64,000 nt of DNA from Spirochaetia bacterium (GTDB taxonomy: Bacteria; Spirochaetota; Spirochaetia; DSM-2461), in contig OY764216.1 in the NCBI GenBank assembly GCA_963668315.1, forward strand, positions 5,024,001-5,088,000, written 5' to 3'. The translations under genes and the position numbers were made by a program. The notes below the pieces were generated by a model that had not been told where the DNA came from, made no database searches, and saw only the letters and a list, made by a program, of their open reading frames with translations. Position 1 is the stretch's first letter. The number at the start of each line of letters is the position of its first letter. Below, in pieces: positions 30,935-41,346 of the stretch.

Positions 30935-31318
30935 ATGTCACAGGTGGTTTCTACCATTCTTTACAACGGCCAGTTCTGGATAGCTCTGGTGGAAAAGTAC
31001 GAAGATGACGGTTCCCTATATATAGGAAAGCACACATTCGGGCCGGAACCTAACAATTCGGATATTCTTGATTTTTACCGCGACAGGTATGAACGGTTGA
31101 AATTTTATCCCGTTGATATCCCGGTCCGGATTAAAAAGCAGTACTCCCGGAAAGAGCTGGAGAGAAACAGAGGAAAATCTTTTGCCGGTTTCAAGGCGGA
31201 ACAGAAAAAATACCTGATGGAAAAGAAAAGGGACCGGAAAATCCTGGAAAAAGAGTCTCAGGAAGAGAAGTACCGTAAAAAGGCGGTCAGGAAGAAGGAA
31301 AAAAAACGCGGCCGCTGA
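30935..31318 (+). CDS. yjdF: YjdF family protein (DUF2992)
   Basis: GQFWIALVE, TFGPEP, basic C-terminus KKEKKRGR. Confidence 0.8.
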   Translation: MSQVVSTILYNGQFWIALVEKYEDDGSLYIGKHTFGPEPNNSDILDFYRDRYERLKFYPVDIPVRIKKQYSRKELERNRGKSFAGFKAEQKKYLMEKKRDRKILEKESQEEKYRKKAVRKKEKKRGR

Positions 31319-31533
31319 TTATAATGGAAACATTGAAAAAAAAGGCCGGAAGCTTCCCCGGGCGGGACTGTCCCGGGACAAGTTGATTTTCAGATACTAT
31401 AGGGCACTCCTTGGTACTTTTCATCTAATTAAAGGACTTTTAACATTTTTGAACTTTTTCTTTGACAGATCAAAAAAACCGTTATAGAATACTCATAAAT
31501 AATTATAGTATAACCATAGGAGGTGCCTATTCT

Positions 31534-32640
31534 ATGGCCGAGGTAATACTCAAAAACATTTGTAAGGTGTACGACGGCGGAGTAAAAGCTGTTGATAACG
31601 CCAACATCCACATTAATGACAAAGAATTTGTTGTTCTTGTAGGACCTTCCGGATGTGGTAAATCTACCACTCTCAGAATGGTTGCCGGTCTTGAAGACAT
31701 CACGGACGGCGATCTTTTCATCGACGGCAAGAGAGTAAATGACGAAGCTCCCAAAGACAGGGACATCGCCATGGTATTCCAGAACTACGCTCTGTATCCC
31801 CACATGACCGTATACGACAACATGGCGTTCGGTCTCAAGATCAGAAAGTATGCCAAGGATGAAATCGAAACCCGTGTTAACGAGGCGGCCAGAATTCTGG
31901 ACATTGAAGAGCTTCTCGCCAGAAAGCCCAAAGCTCTCTCCGGTGGACAGAGACAGCGTGTAGCCGTAGGACGTGCTATCGTTCGTAAGCCCAAGGTATT
32001 CCTCTTTGATGAGCCCCTTTCCAACCTTGACGCTAAACTGAGAGTACAGATGAGAGCGGAAATTTCCGGTCTCCACGCCAAGCTCCAGGCTACCATGATC
32101 TACGTTACCCATGACCAGGTTGAAGCTATGACCATGGGCGATAAAATCGTTGTTATGAAAAACGGTGTTATCCAGCAGATCGGTACCCCCCTGAAGCTCT
32201 ACAACGAACCTATCAACAGATTCGTTGCCGGTTTTATCGGATCTCCTCCGATGAACATCCTCACCGCCAAGGTTGAGGAAGAAGGCGGAAACATCGTCAT
32301 CAAAGGTGCCGGTGTAAGCGTTAATCCCGGTAAAGATTACGCAGAAGGACTCAAGCCTTATGTAGGTAAGGAAATTTTCTTCGGTGTTAGACCCGAAGAT
32401 CTTGAGATAACCAAAAAATCCGATCCCACCAATAATATTACCGCTAATGTTGATGTTATTGAGCCCCTCGGTGCGGAAACTCACGTTTGGCTGAGTACTT
32501 CCGAAAGTTCTCTCATAGCCAGAACAGCTCCTGATTCTGACTTCAAAGTGGGAGATGAGGTATCCTTCACATGCGATCTCAGCAAGGTTCACTTTTTTGA
32601 AATGGAGAATGAAAGATCCATTTTCTTTAAAGAAGACTAA
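31534..32640 (+). CDS. Sugar ABC transporter ATPase (MsmX/UgpC/MalK family)
   Basis: GPSGCGKST, VFQNYALYPH, LSGGQRQR. Confidence 0.95.
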   Translation: MAEVILKNICKVYDGGVKAVDNANIHINDKEFVVLVGPSGCGKSTTLRMVAGLEDITDGDLFIDGKRVNDEAPKDRDIAMVFQNYALYPHMTVYDNMAFGLKIRKYAKDEIETRVNEAARILDIEELLARKPKALSGGQRQRVAVGRAIVRKPKVFLFDEPLSNLDAKLRVQMRAEISGLHAKLQATMIYVTHDQVEAMTMGDKIVVMKNGVIQQIGTPLKLYNEPINRFVAGFIGSPPMNILTAKVEEEGGNIVIKGAGVSVNPGKDYAEGLKPYVGKEIFFGVRPEDLEITKKSDPTNNITANVDVIEPLGAETHVWLSTSESSLIARTAPDSDFKVGDEVSFTCDLSKVHFFEMENERSIFFKED

Positions 32641-32658
32641 GCGAGTACAGGGATAAAC

Positions 32659-32688
32659 AAAAAAGGCTGCCATGGGCAGCCTTTTTTT
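32659..32688. terminator. Bidirectional terminator
   Basis: A6-GGCTGCC-ATG-GGCAGCC-T7 between convergent genes. Confidence 0.85.
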
Positions 32689-32711
32689 ATGGGGAAAATT
32701 AAGAGAAAAAA

Positions 32712-33305
32712 TCAGTCAGCCAGGTTCTGACGGGCTCTCAGGGAGCGGGCCACACTCAGACGGTCGGCATATTCCATGTCTCCCCCGACGGGAAGTCCCG
32801 TGGCAATTCTGGTGACCTTTACCGGTGTATCCTGAAAGAGACGGACCATATACAGGGCTGTGGAATCCCCTTCCAGAGTGGGGTTGGTCGCCATAATGAT
32901 CTCCTTCGTTCCTTCCTTCCTGGTGCGTTCCATAAGCCGGTCCAGGCCCAGCTCCTCCGGCCCGATCCCGTCAAGGGGAGCCAGCACGCCGTTCAGGACA
33001 TGATAAAGCCCCTTGTATTCACCGGTGGCTTCTATGGTCATCACATCCTGAGGATGCTCCACTACACAGATCAGATCCCGGTCCCTGTCATAGGCCGTAC
33101 ATATGGGGCAGGGATCTTCCTCGGTATAGTTTCCGCAGACGGAGCAGGAAACGATTTTATCCTGAAGCTCGATAATCGCCTCGCCCAGGGCCCTGTTGAA
33201 AGAGTTGTCCCCGCGCAGAAGCCAGTAAGCCATACGGGTGGCGCTCTTCTTTCCCAGTCCGGGAAGACGGGAAAGGCTGTTCACAACCAGTTCCAGCTGA
33301 TTCAT
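32712..33305 (-). CDS. recR: Recombination protein RecR
   Basis: LPGLGKKSATR, C4 zinc finger, Toprim ATNPTLEGD. Confidence 0.95.
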   Translation of the reverse strand: MNQLELVVNSLSRLPGLGKKSATRMAYWLLRGDNSFNRALGEAIIELQDKIVSCSVCGNYTEEDPCPICTAYDRDRDLICVVEHPQDVMTIEATGEYKGLYHVLNGVLAPLDGIGPEELGLDRLMERTRKEGTKEIIMATNPTLEGDSTALYMVRLFQDTPVKVTRIATGLPVGGDMEYADRLSVARSLRARQNLAD

Positions 33306-33619
33306 TGGCCGAGCCCGGAGAACATCTGCGACAGTGTATCGGTGGAGACCTCTTTCTGGATTTTCTCTTTGATGGACTGCGTCGCCCCTTCAATGGCCGA
33401 AAGAATCAGCTCTTCCAGCATGGCCACATCACGGGGATCCACGGCAATAGGATCGATCTTGATATCCTCCACCTCCATCTTCCCGTTCATGACGACCTTA
33501 ACCAGATCGCCTCCGGCGGCGCCTTCCGCCTTGACATCCTTAAGCTTCTCCTGCACATCTTTCATCTGCTCCTGCATCTGGGACAGATTTTTCATTAAAT
33601 CCATGGGATTAAAATTCAT
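33302..33619 (-). CDS. ybaB: YbaB/EbfC nucleoid-associated protein
   Basis: GAAGGDLVKV, MLEELILSA; dnaX-ybaB-recR synteny. Confidence 0.95.
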   Translation of the reverse strand: MNFNPMDLMKNLSQMQEQMKDVQEKLKDVKAEGAAGGDLVKVVMNGKMEVEDIKIDPIAVDPRDVAMLEELILSAIEGATQSIKEKIQKEVSTDTLSQMFSGLGQ

Positions 33620-35472
33620 TACTTGTCTCCCGTTCCGTTCTGAACGACCGTTCCGCCGAATATCCGTATAAAAAGGTCGACCTTCTCGTCCACTTCCTTT
33701 TTCTCTTCCCGCACCTTCGGCTTCTCAATGAGAATATTTAAATCATAAACCTTGCCCATAACCTGGGCCAGAATATCCTGTATATAGTTTTTCTCCCTCT
33801 CGATGGATTCCGCTATGTACTGAGAGGGAAAAACCAGTGTGATTCGGTCCGCTTCCAGCCGGGGTGTCCCCTTGCTCATGGAGCCCATCAGCACCACATT
33901 CCCGTCCTTCTTCATACGGTTCAGCAGATTTTCCCACCACTCCTCACCGGGCGGTACCGACTCGCCGGGAAGGGGTTCCGGTTCGGGATCGGGCTCCCGA
34001 TTCTCATTCGGGATAACCGGTTCCGGATCATCCGTATCATCCACTTCTCCCATCGGCTCATCGGGAATATGGTCGTCCGGGACATAGTCCGTTTCCGTAA
34101 TATCCTCTTCGCCGGAGGCGGCGGGGGGAGACGGTTCTCTCTTTCTATCGGAAAACATGGTAAAAAAGTCCCGTGCCGCATCGCCCGTATCCTCCGGAGA
34201 AGAGTCTTCCCCTGCGGGAGGCGTCATTACGGCCGGTCCGGAATTATTCAGGCTTTTTTTTTTATCCTCCCCCTCGGGAGTAGACGATTCCATCCCTTCC
34301 CCAGGAGAGGAATTTATCTTTATGGGTGATCCGGATATCTGATTTTTCAGATTCCTGATCTGCCCCAGCAGCTCTTCCATGCCGAAATAGCTGCGTAATT
34401 TGACCAGCCGGGACAGAAGCAGTTCCAGTTCGAATCTCTGATTAAGGGAGTAGCGCACATCCTTGTAAAGCTGAAAGATCATCCGGGAGCCTTCCAGGAG
34501 CTGATTTTCCGTGAAAGAGGCGATAACCTCCTTATCGAAGCTTTCGGCTGTGCTTCCCAGAAGCGATTCCTTTTCCACACCGCTTTTCAGAAGAAGAATA
34601 TTTCGGAAATACTCGGCCAGCTCCACAAGAAACTGCTCGATGGAAACACCGGTGGCGATAATTTGGTCGGCATTCTCGATAACGGGACCTATCTCTCCCT
34701 CGCCTATCAGACGGGCCAGTTCGTTTATCCTGTCCAGTCCCACAAGCCCCAGTTTCTCCCGGATTTTTTCCAGGGTGATATTACCGTCGGAAAAGGAGAC
34801 GACCTGGTCAAACAGGGTATAGGAGTCCCGCATGGAACCGGTTCCCTCTTTGGCTATCCACAAAAGGGCGTCGTCTTCATATTTGATGCCCAGATCGCCG
34901 CAGGCCAGAGCCAGCTGTTCCTTTACCGTATCCAGCGAAAAGAGACGAAAGTTGAACTGCTGGCAGCGGGAACGGATGGTGGCGGGCACCTTGTGGATTT
35001 CAGTGGTGGCGAAGATAAAAATGATGTAGGGTGGCGGCTCTTCTATCGTCTTCAGCAGGGCATTGAAAGCGCTGTTGGAGAGCATGTGCACCTCATCTAT
35101 GATATACACTTTATACCGGGAGTTGGTAGGGGCGAAAAGAACCTCGTCCTTGATCTCCCTTATGTCGTTTACTCCCGTATTGGACGCACCGTCTATCTCT
35201 ATGACATCCAGGGAGTTCCCCTTTGTCACTTCCAGACAGTTCTGACATTTCCCGCACGGTTCTGCGGTGGGCCCCTCCTGACAGTTTAGACTTTTCGCCA
35301 GAATCCTAGCCGAAGAGGTCTTTCCCGTTCCCCGTGGACCGGAAAAGAGGTAGGCATGGGCAATCTGCCCTTTAGAGATAGAGTTTTCTATGGTGGAGAC
35401 GACAAATTCCTGTCCCACCAGCTGCTTCAATGTCTGCGGCCTTCGCCTCGTTGCGGTAACTTCGTATGCCAT
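33619..35472 (-). CDS. dnaX: DNA polymerase III gamma/tau
   Basis: GPRGTGKT, EIDGASN, IIDEVHML, SRCQ. Confidence 0.95.
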   Translation of the reverse strand: MAYEVTATRRRPQTLKQLVGQEFVVSTIENSISKGQIAHAYLFSGPRGTGKTSSARILAKSLNCQEGPTAEPCGKCQNCLEVTKGNSLDVIEIDGASNTGVNDIREIKDEVLFAPTNSRYKVYIIDEVHMLSNSAFNALLKTIEEPPPYIIFIFATTEIHKVPATIRSRCQQFNFRLFSLDTVKEQLALACGDLGIKYEDDALLWIAKEGTGSMRDSYTLFDQVVSFSDGNITLEKIREKLGLVGLDRINELARLIGEGEIGPVIENADQIIATGVSIEQFLVELAEYFRNILLLKSGVEKESLLGSTAESFDKEVIASFTENQLLEGSRMIFQLYKDVRYSLNQRFELELLLSRLVKLRSYFGMEELLGQIRNLKNQISGSPIKINSSPGEGMESSTPEGEDKKKSLNNSGPAVMTPPAGEDSSPEDTGDAARDFFTMFSDRKREPSPPAASGEEDITETDYVPDDHIPDEPMGEVDDTDDPEPVIPNENREPDPEPEPLPGESVPPGEEWWENLLNRMKKDGNVVLMGSMSKGTPRLEADRITLVFPSQYIAESIEREKNYIQDILAQVMGKVYDLNILIEKPKVREEKKEVDEKVDLFIRIFGGTVVQNGTGDK

Positions 35473-35553
35473 TGCCAGACAGTTTACCGGAATCCGGTTC
35501 TTCTGTAAAGGATTTCCATTGCTCCCCCCTCCCCTTTTTATTATATTAGTTCT

Positions 35554-35721
35554 ATGAAGAATTATAAAGACGCCAAATTATGTAAATTGATAAAAAAGGA
35601 AGTACCCTCCACCGATCCGGACGGCTTCGCCGAACTGATAAGGGACGCCCAGTTTTTCTGCCGGAAATGCGGAGCCGTCTCCAAGGAGAAAAAGTGTCTG
35701 TGCAAGCCCTATAAGATTTGA
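35554..35721 (+). CDS. Small Cys-rich protein (55 aa), below the ORF track cutoff
   Basis: MKNYKDAKLCKLIKK...FFCRKCGAVSKEKKCLCKPYKI; promoter TTGCTC-17-TATATT 6 nt upstream. Confidence 0.7.
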   Translation: MKNYKDAKLCKLIKKEVPSTDPDGFAELIRDAQFFCRKCGAVSKEKKCLCKPYKI

Positions 35722-35884
35722 ACAGGCCCTTATCACCCTTGACCTTACCTTCTATCTTATCTATAAATATTATCATGTACATACAAGGGATCGGACAGCC
35801 ACAATTCGCCGTTCCCCTGAAAATATCAATGCCGGTTCGGTTGCCCCGCAGCCGGTCCGCCAACGCAACTTAAGGAGAATATAA

Positions 35885-37579
35885 ATGACAATCTCGGAAC
35901 TCCAGAAAGCTCGGTATGCCTATCAGCCCAAGCTTCCCTCCGTCCTTCAGAAGGACGTGAAGAATATCGTCGTGAAACTGGGCGATCCCACCGAATCGGT
36001 CGCCGACCAGGAAGACGTAAAGAAGCTTTTCGCCAACACTTACGGTCAGCCCATCGCCCGTTTTGAAGAGGGCAGCAACGAAGCGGCCGGTAAACAGATC
36101 AACGTGGGCGTCATCCTTTCCGGAGGCCAGGCTCCCGGCGGACATAACGTCATTGCCGGTCTTTATGACGGGATCAAGAAGGGTAATGCCGCTTCCAAGC
36201 TCTACGGTTTCAAAGGCGGTCCCTCCGGCATCATCGAAGGGGACTATGTGGAGTTCACCGACGAGTTCATTGATGCCTACCGCAACACCGGAGGATTCGA
36301 CATCATCGGTTCGGGCAGAACCAAACTGGAAACGGAAGAGCAGTTCAAGAAATCCCTCGCCGTCTGCAAGAAGCTCGGCATAAACGCCGTTGTTGTCATC
36401 GGCGGTGACGACTCCAATACCAACGCCGCCATGCTCGGCGAGTGGTTCAAGGCACAGGGCGAGGCCATTCAGGTTATCGGCTGTCCCAAGACTATCGACG
36501 GCGACCTCAAGAACGAGCACATCGAGACCTCTTTCGGTTTCGACACGGCCACCAAAACCTTCGCAGAGCTTATCGGTAACATCGAGAAAGACTCCAACTC
36601 AGCCAAGAAATACTGGCACTTCATCAAACTGATGGGACGGAGCGCTTCCCATATCGCTCTTGAATGCGCCCTCCAGACACAGCCCAACTTCTGCATCATC
36701 TCCGAAGAGGTGGAAGAGAAGAAAATGACCCTGGCTCAGGTTGTGGAAGACATCGTCAAGATCATCGTCAAAAGAGCCGAGAAGGGCGACAATTTCGGTG
36801 TAGGCCTCATTCCCGAGGGACTTATCGAGTTCATCCCCGAAGTGGGAACCCTCATCGGCGAGCTTAACGACCTTCTGGCCCACGAAGCCGAATACTACGC
36901 CACCCTGAAATCCTTCGAAGACCAGGCCGAGTTCATCAATAAGAAACTCAGCAAGGACTCTTCCTATGTTTACTCCTCCCTTCCCGTGACCATCCAGAAA
37001 CAGCTGATCATGGACCGCGATCCCCACGGAAACGTGCAGGTATCCCGCATCGAAACGGAAAAACTCCTGATCGAGATGGTTGAGGAAAGACTCAACGAAA
37101 TGAAGGTTAAGGGCGAATTCAACGGTAAGTTCAGCGCTCTGGCCCACTTTTTCGGCTATGAAGGACGCTGTGCGTTCCCCTCCAACTTCGACTCAGACTA
37201 CTGCTATACCCTGGGCTTCAGCGCCTTCCTGCTGATGACCGCCGGTCTCACCGGTTATATCTCCAACGTGGCCGGCCTCGAATGCCCCGCCGGCGAATGG
37301 AAAGCCGGAGGCTGCCCCCTGACCATGATGATGAACATGGAGCAGAGACACGGCTCCATGAAACCGGTTATCAAAAAAGCCCTGGTGGAACTGGACGGCA
37401 AGCCCTTCAAGGCCTTCGCCGAACAGCGTGACGTGTGGGCCGTGGAAACGGCTTTCACCTTCCCCGGCGCCATTCAGTACTACGGTCCCGACGAAGTATG
37501 CAACCAGCCCACCAAGACCCTGAGTCTTGAAAAGGGCGGCTGCTGCGGAAGCGGAAACTCCGGCTGCTGCTGCGGCTGA
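35885..37579 (+). CDS. pfp: Pyrophosphate-dependent phosphofructokinase
   Basis: GGQAPGG, GGDDSN, PKTIDGD, MGR. Confidence 0.95.
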   Translation: MTISELQKARYAYQPKLPSVLQKDVKNIVVKLGDPTESVADQEDVKKLFANTYGQPIARFEEGSNEAAGKQINVGVILSGGQAPGGHNVIAGLYDGIKKGNAASKLYGFKGGPSGIIEGDYVEFTDEFIDAYRNTGGFDIIGSGRTKLETEEQFKKSLAVCKKLGINAVVVIGGDDSNTNAAMLGEWFKAQGEAIQVIGCPKTIDGDLKNEHIETSFGFDTATKTFAELIGNIEKDSNSAKKYWHFIKLMGRSASHIALECALQTQPNFCIISEEVEEKKMTLAQVVEDIVKIIVKRAEKGDNFGVGLIPEGLIEFIPEVGTLIGELNDLLAHEAEYYATLKSFEDQAEFINKKLSKDSSYVYSSLPVTIQKQLIMDRDPHGNVQVSRIETEKLLIEMVEERLNEMKVKGEFNGKFSALAHFFGYEGRCAFPSNFDSDYCYTLGFSAFLLMTAGLTGYISNVAGLECPAGEWKAGGCPLTMMMNMEQRHGSMKPVIKKALVELDGKPFKAFAEQRDVWAVETAFTFPGAIQYYGPDEVCNQPTKTLSLEKGGCCGSGNSGCCCG

Positions 37580-37649
37580 TGAAAAAGCGAAAGGGAACCT
37601 GATACAAGCGGCGGGATAAACCGCTTAACGGCTCCCCCGTTAAATCAAT

Positions 37650-37676
37650 AAGCCTCCCTCTGACGGGAGGCTTTTT
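37650..37676 (+). terminator. Rho-independent terminator
   Basis: AAGCCTCCC-TCTGAC-GGGAGGCTTTTT. Confidence 0.8.
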
Positions 37677-37750
37677 CATGCCCCTAAGAGATTCCCGAAG
37701 TAAACAGTCTTCTTGACAGAGGCCGTGAAGAGAATTAGGCTTTATCTCAG

Positions 37751-38155
37751 ATGAAGACGGTTTGTATCTACGAAGCTTCGAGCCATTTCATGGCCCTCTC
37801 CGCCAAAGAACTCCTGGAAAGCGAGGGCATTATGGTAATCATGCCCACGGAATTTACCGGCGGCGTCTATCCCCAGTACTCCCTGATTTCCGGGGGAGAC
37901 CGTCTCCTGGTCAGCGAAAGCGAAGCCGACCGGGCCCGGGAGATACTCGCCGGCTTCGAAGGCCATGCCGAGCCTCTGGAAGAGCCTTTCTATACGGGGG
38001 AAAGGTCCTGCCCCCTCTGCGGCGGCTCCCGGTATACGGAATTCATCGAAAACCGGCCGGGACCGGCGGGATGGCTTCTCCTCCTTACGGGCGGCCTTCT
38101 TTCCCGGAAGAGACGCTATTTCCAGTGTCACAGATGCGGCCATATATGGAAATGA
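37751..38155 (+). CDS. DUF2007-like protein with zinc ribbon
   Basis: KELLESEGI, LLVSESEADRAREIL, CPLC/CHRC. Confidence 0.7.
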   Translation: MKTVCIYEASSHFMALSAKELLESEGIMVIMPTEFTGGVYPQYSLISGGDRLLVSESEADRAREILAGFEGHAEPLEEPFYTGERSCPLCGGSRYTEFIENRPGPAGWLLLLTGGLLSRKRRYFQCHRCGHIWK

Positions 38156-38261
38156 TCCCCGGCCCCTATCCCGACCTTTTAAAAAGTATCATAGCCAATT
38201 CATATTTGGTTCATACCTTCGGTCCATATTTACATTATCAAGAATAACACTGGAGGTTATC

Positions 38262-39131
38262 ATGAAGAAGACATTACTTTTTACCATGTTCATCACGGCA
38301 GCTGCCGGAGCGGCTATATTCGCAGGCGGCGCCAACGATCCGACCCTGCCCGGCAGAGGTTACGGGATGGGATTCATCGACAGCGACGGAGTGGAAATCA
38401 TCAGCCTTTCCGGTACGGTACAAACCGACTCCTACGGGAATCTGATGATAGACAAGGGAAAGACCAACTACCTGCTTGCAGCCGCCCCCACCCTGGGAGC
38501 CACCCTGAAAGAGGGCGATGTTGTTGATGGAGAGGGATTCGAGGGAAATACTCTCTATACAAAGGATGGGGAGAGTTATCAGAATTTCCATCTGACGAAG
38601 GCCAGCATCAACGGGAAGGATTACACAATCGACCTGAATAATTACTGCGCTCCCCTGGGAGGAGCCTACGGCGGTATGATGTACGGCGGAAGGAATTCCC
38701 GGGGCGGTATGATGGGATACGACAACTACGGCCGCGGCGGTATGATGGGTTATGGATGGAACGACCAGGCCGACACAAGGGACTGGGGCTACATGGGCCG
38801 CGGCGTCTCCCCTTACGTGAATGAGGGAGAAGAGACCACGGTTAAGGGCACTCTTTCCTTTCTTGACGGTTTTCACCCCTTCCTGCAGGCCGATGAGGGC
38901 AATTTTCTTATCAGAATGGGTCACTGGGTCATGGACGGCCTGACCGAAGGTACCGAAGTGGAAGCAACCGGTTATGCCGGACCTTCCCTTTACACGGAGA
39001 ATGGAGAGGACTATTATTCCTTTATCCCAACGTCCCTGACGGTAAACGGTGAGGAAGTCGATACCGGCTATAACAATATGCCCTACGGCGGCGGAATGGG
39101 ATTCGGCGGCGGAATGGGCCGCAGAAGATAG
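38262..39131 (+). CDS. Secreted hypothetical protein with duplicated domain and Gly/Met-rich linkers
   Basis: Signal peptide; GGMMG repeats; RBS GGAGG. Confidence 0.7.
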   Translation: MKKTLLFTMFITAAAGAAIFAGGANDPTLPGRGYGMGFIDSDGVEIISLSGTVQTDSYGNLMIDKGKTNYLLAAAPTLGATLKEGDVVDGEGFEGNTLYTKDGESYQNFHLTKASINGKDYTIDLNNYCAPLGGAYGGMMYGGRNSRGGMMGYDNYGRGGMMGYGWNDQADTRDWGYMGRGVSPYVNEGEETTVKGTLSFLDGFHPFLQADEGNFLIRMGHWVMDGLTEGTEVEATGYAGPSLYTENGEDYYSFIPTSLTVNGEEVDTGYNNMPYGGGMGFGGGMGRRR

Positions 39132-39140
39132 GAGGACCCG

Positions 39141-39854
39141 ATGGATGAGCTGATTCTCGTGGCGGAAGATGAAAAAGAGATGAACCGGATGATCTGCGAC
39201 TACCTGGAAGCGGTGGGTTACAGAACCACATCCGCCCTGGACGGAAGTCAGGCTCTGGATCTTTTCCGAAGCGATGAACCGGCTCTTGTCCTTATGGATA
39301 TCATGATGCCCAAACTGGACGGCATAGATGTCACCAGGAGGATACGGTCCCAGTCCCATGTGCCCATCATCATGCTTACCGCCATGGCGGAAGAGGGGGA
39401 CAAGCTTCTGGGACTGGAGATCGGGGCGGATGACTACATTACCAAACCTTTCAGCATGAAGGAGCTGACCGCCCGGATAAGGGCGGTTCTGCGCAGGACG
39501 GTAGACTTTCAGAGGAAGTCGTCCGGTGAGGGAGATGAAGAGGACAAGCCCCCTCTTAAAGAGGGAGACCTGGTTCTTGACCGGTTGAAAATGACCCTCT
39601 ACAAAGGGGGTAATCCCGTTGAACTGACAGCCGTCCAGTACGCCATTCTGGAAAAAATGATGGCTTCCCCCGGTCGGGTATTCAACCGGATGGATCTTCT
39701 GAAGAGTTTTCAGGAAGATCCCTGGGAAGGTTATGAAAGAACCATTGACGTTCATATAAAGAATATCAGAAAACTGACCGAATCCGATCCGGCCCACCCG
39801 GAATACATCGAGACGGTATGGGGCGTGGGTTACCGCTTCAGGGAAATCACATGA
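39141..39854 (+). CDS. OmpR/BaeR-family response regulator
   Basis: GADDYITKPF, IETVWGVGY. Confidence 0.95.
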   Translation: MDELILVAEDEKEMNRMICDYLEAVGYRTTSALDGSQALDLFRSDEPALVLMDIMMPKLDGIDVTRRIRSQSHVPIIMLTAMAEEGDKLLGLEIGADDYITKPFSMKELTARIRAVLRRTVDFQRKSSGEGDEEDKPPLKEGDLVLDRLKMTLYKGGNPVELTAVQYAILEKMMASPGRVFNRMDLLKSFQEDPWEGYERTIDVHIKNIRKLTESDPAHPEYIETVWGVGYRFREIT

Positions 39855-41275
39855 AGTTCTATCAATCCCTCCGGTTCAAAATAACCCTGGCCTTTATCGC
39901 CCTTATGATAGCGGGAAACAGTATTTCCCTCTTTCTGGCGAACCGCAGCGTTACCGAAAGATACGCATTCTATGTGAATGAGTCGGACTGGCAGCGGGCT
40001 TCCATGGCCGCCCAGTTCATAGCGCGGAGCTGGGATAAGTGGCAGGAGGACTCGTCCGAGTTTCACGGCTACGGCGAAAGAAACACCAATCCCATGGGCG
40101 GTCGCGGCATGGGGCGCAATATGATGATGGACCGGTCGGAGCCGGTTCCCTATGCCGTAACCGATCTGAAGGGAAATGTACTTTTCTTTTCCGGTACCGA
40201 GAATCAGATATCCTCCCCCCTGCCCCACTGTGATCAGGGCGTACCCGTAGTGGTGGACGGGGAGCAGAAAGCCTATGTCCTGGCGGGAAGCATGATCAAC
40301 CAGCAGATGAGCGGCTTTGACAGCTCTCTGCTCAAGGGCATAAACCGCGTGCTTATCCTTACGAACATCATCTCCACTCTGGCCATTCTGGCTCTGGGGA
40401 TTCTTCTCCTGGGGCGCATGCTGGCCCCTTTGAAAAAAATAGACCGGGCCGCGGCGGAACTGGGCCGGGGCAATTATACGGTGCGGACGGATGTATCGGG
40501 GACGAATGAAATCGGCTCCCTGGGAATCCGTTTCGACGAGATGGCCCGTTCCCTGGAAGCTTCGGAAGAGTGGAAGCGGCGGATTATAGCCGACACGGCC
40601 CATGAGCTGAGGACCCCCGTATCCCTTGTACTGAGCCGTCTGGAAATGCTTAAGGAGGGGATCTACCCCTTTGAGGAGTCCCAGCTGGACACCCTTCACA
40701 GGGAAGTGCAGAACTTCTCCCGCCTGATCAGGGATATGCAGAAACTCGCCGGGATGGAGGGGGGAACGGCCTCGCTGGAAAAATCGAAAGGACCGGTGGG
40801 GGCTTTCTGCCTGAACCAGATAAAATCCTTTCTGCCCGAAAGCCGTAAAAAGAATCAGACCCTTCTCTGGAACGGAGCGGATGTGGAGGAGAAGACTGAT
40901 CCCTACGGGACGCAGGTGCCCGGGCCTCCCCTGGAAGCGGACTGGAACCGCCTGGAACAGGTCCTGAAAAACCTTCTTTCCAATGCCCTGCGGCACACTC
41001 CCGAATACGGCCGGATAGAAGTGACGGCCGAATATAACGGGGCACAGTGGAAGATCTCCGTCTCGGACAGCGGTCCGGGAATCCCCGAGGAGGAGAGGAC
41101 ACGTATTTTCGACCGCTTCTACCGCCTGGACAAATCACGAAACAGAGCCGAGGGGGGACACGGACTGGGCCTTGCCATTTCAAAAGCCATTGTGGAAGCC
41201 CACGGAGGTCTCCTTTCGGCGGAACAGGGCCGATGGGGTGGTGCCGAATTCCGGGTGGTTCTCCCCTGCCGTTGA
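39851..41275 (+). CDS. BaeS-like sensor histidine kinase
   Basis: HAMP, AHELRTP, GHGLGLAI. Confidence 0.9.
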   Translation: MKFYQSLRFKITLAFIALMIAGNSISLFLANRSVTERYAFYVNESDWQRASMAAQFIARSWDKWQEDSSEFHGYGERNTNPMGGRGMGRNMMMDRSEPVPYAVTDLKGNVLFFSGTENQISSPLPHCDQGVPVVVDGEQKAYVLAGSMINQQMSGFDSSLLKGINRVLILTNIISTLAILALGILLLGRMLAPLKKIDRAAAELGRGNYTVRTDVSGTNEIGSLGIRFDEMARSLEASEEWKRRIIADTAHELRTPVSLVLSRLEMLKEGIYPFEESQLDTLHREVQNFSRLIRDMQKLAGMEGGTASLEKSKGPVGAFCLNQIKSFLPESRKKNQTLLWNGADVEEKTDPYGTQVPGPPLEADWNRLEQVLKNLLSNALRHTPEYGRIEVTAEYNGAQWKISVSDSGPGIPEEERTRIFDRFYRLDKSRNRAEGGHGLGLAISKAIVEAHGGLLSAEQGRWGGAEFRVVLPCR

Positions 41276-41346
41276 GTTTTTTCCCCGCTGCCGAATATCT
41301 TGCACGGAAGTTTTTTTTTCTATAACATAGCGGCAAGGAGCAAAAT

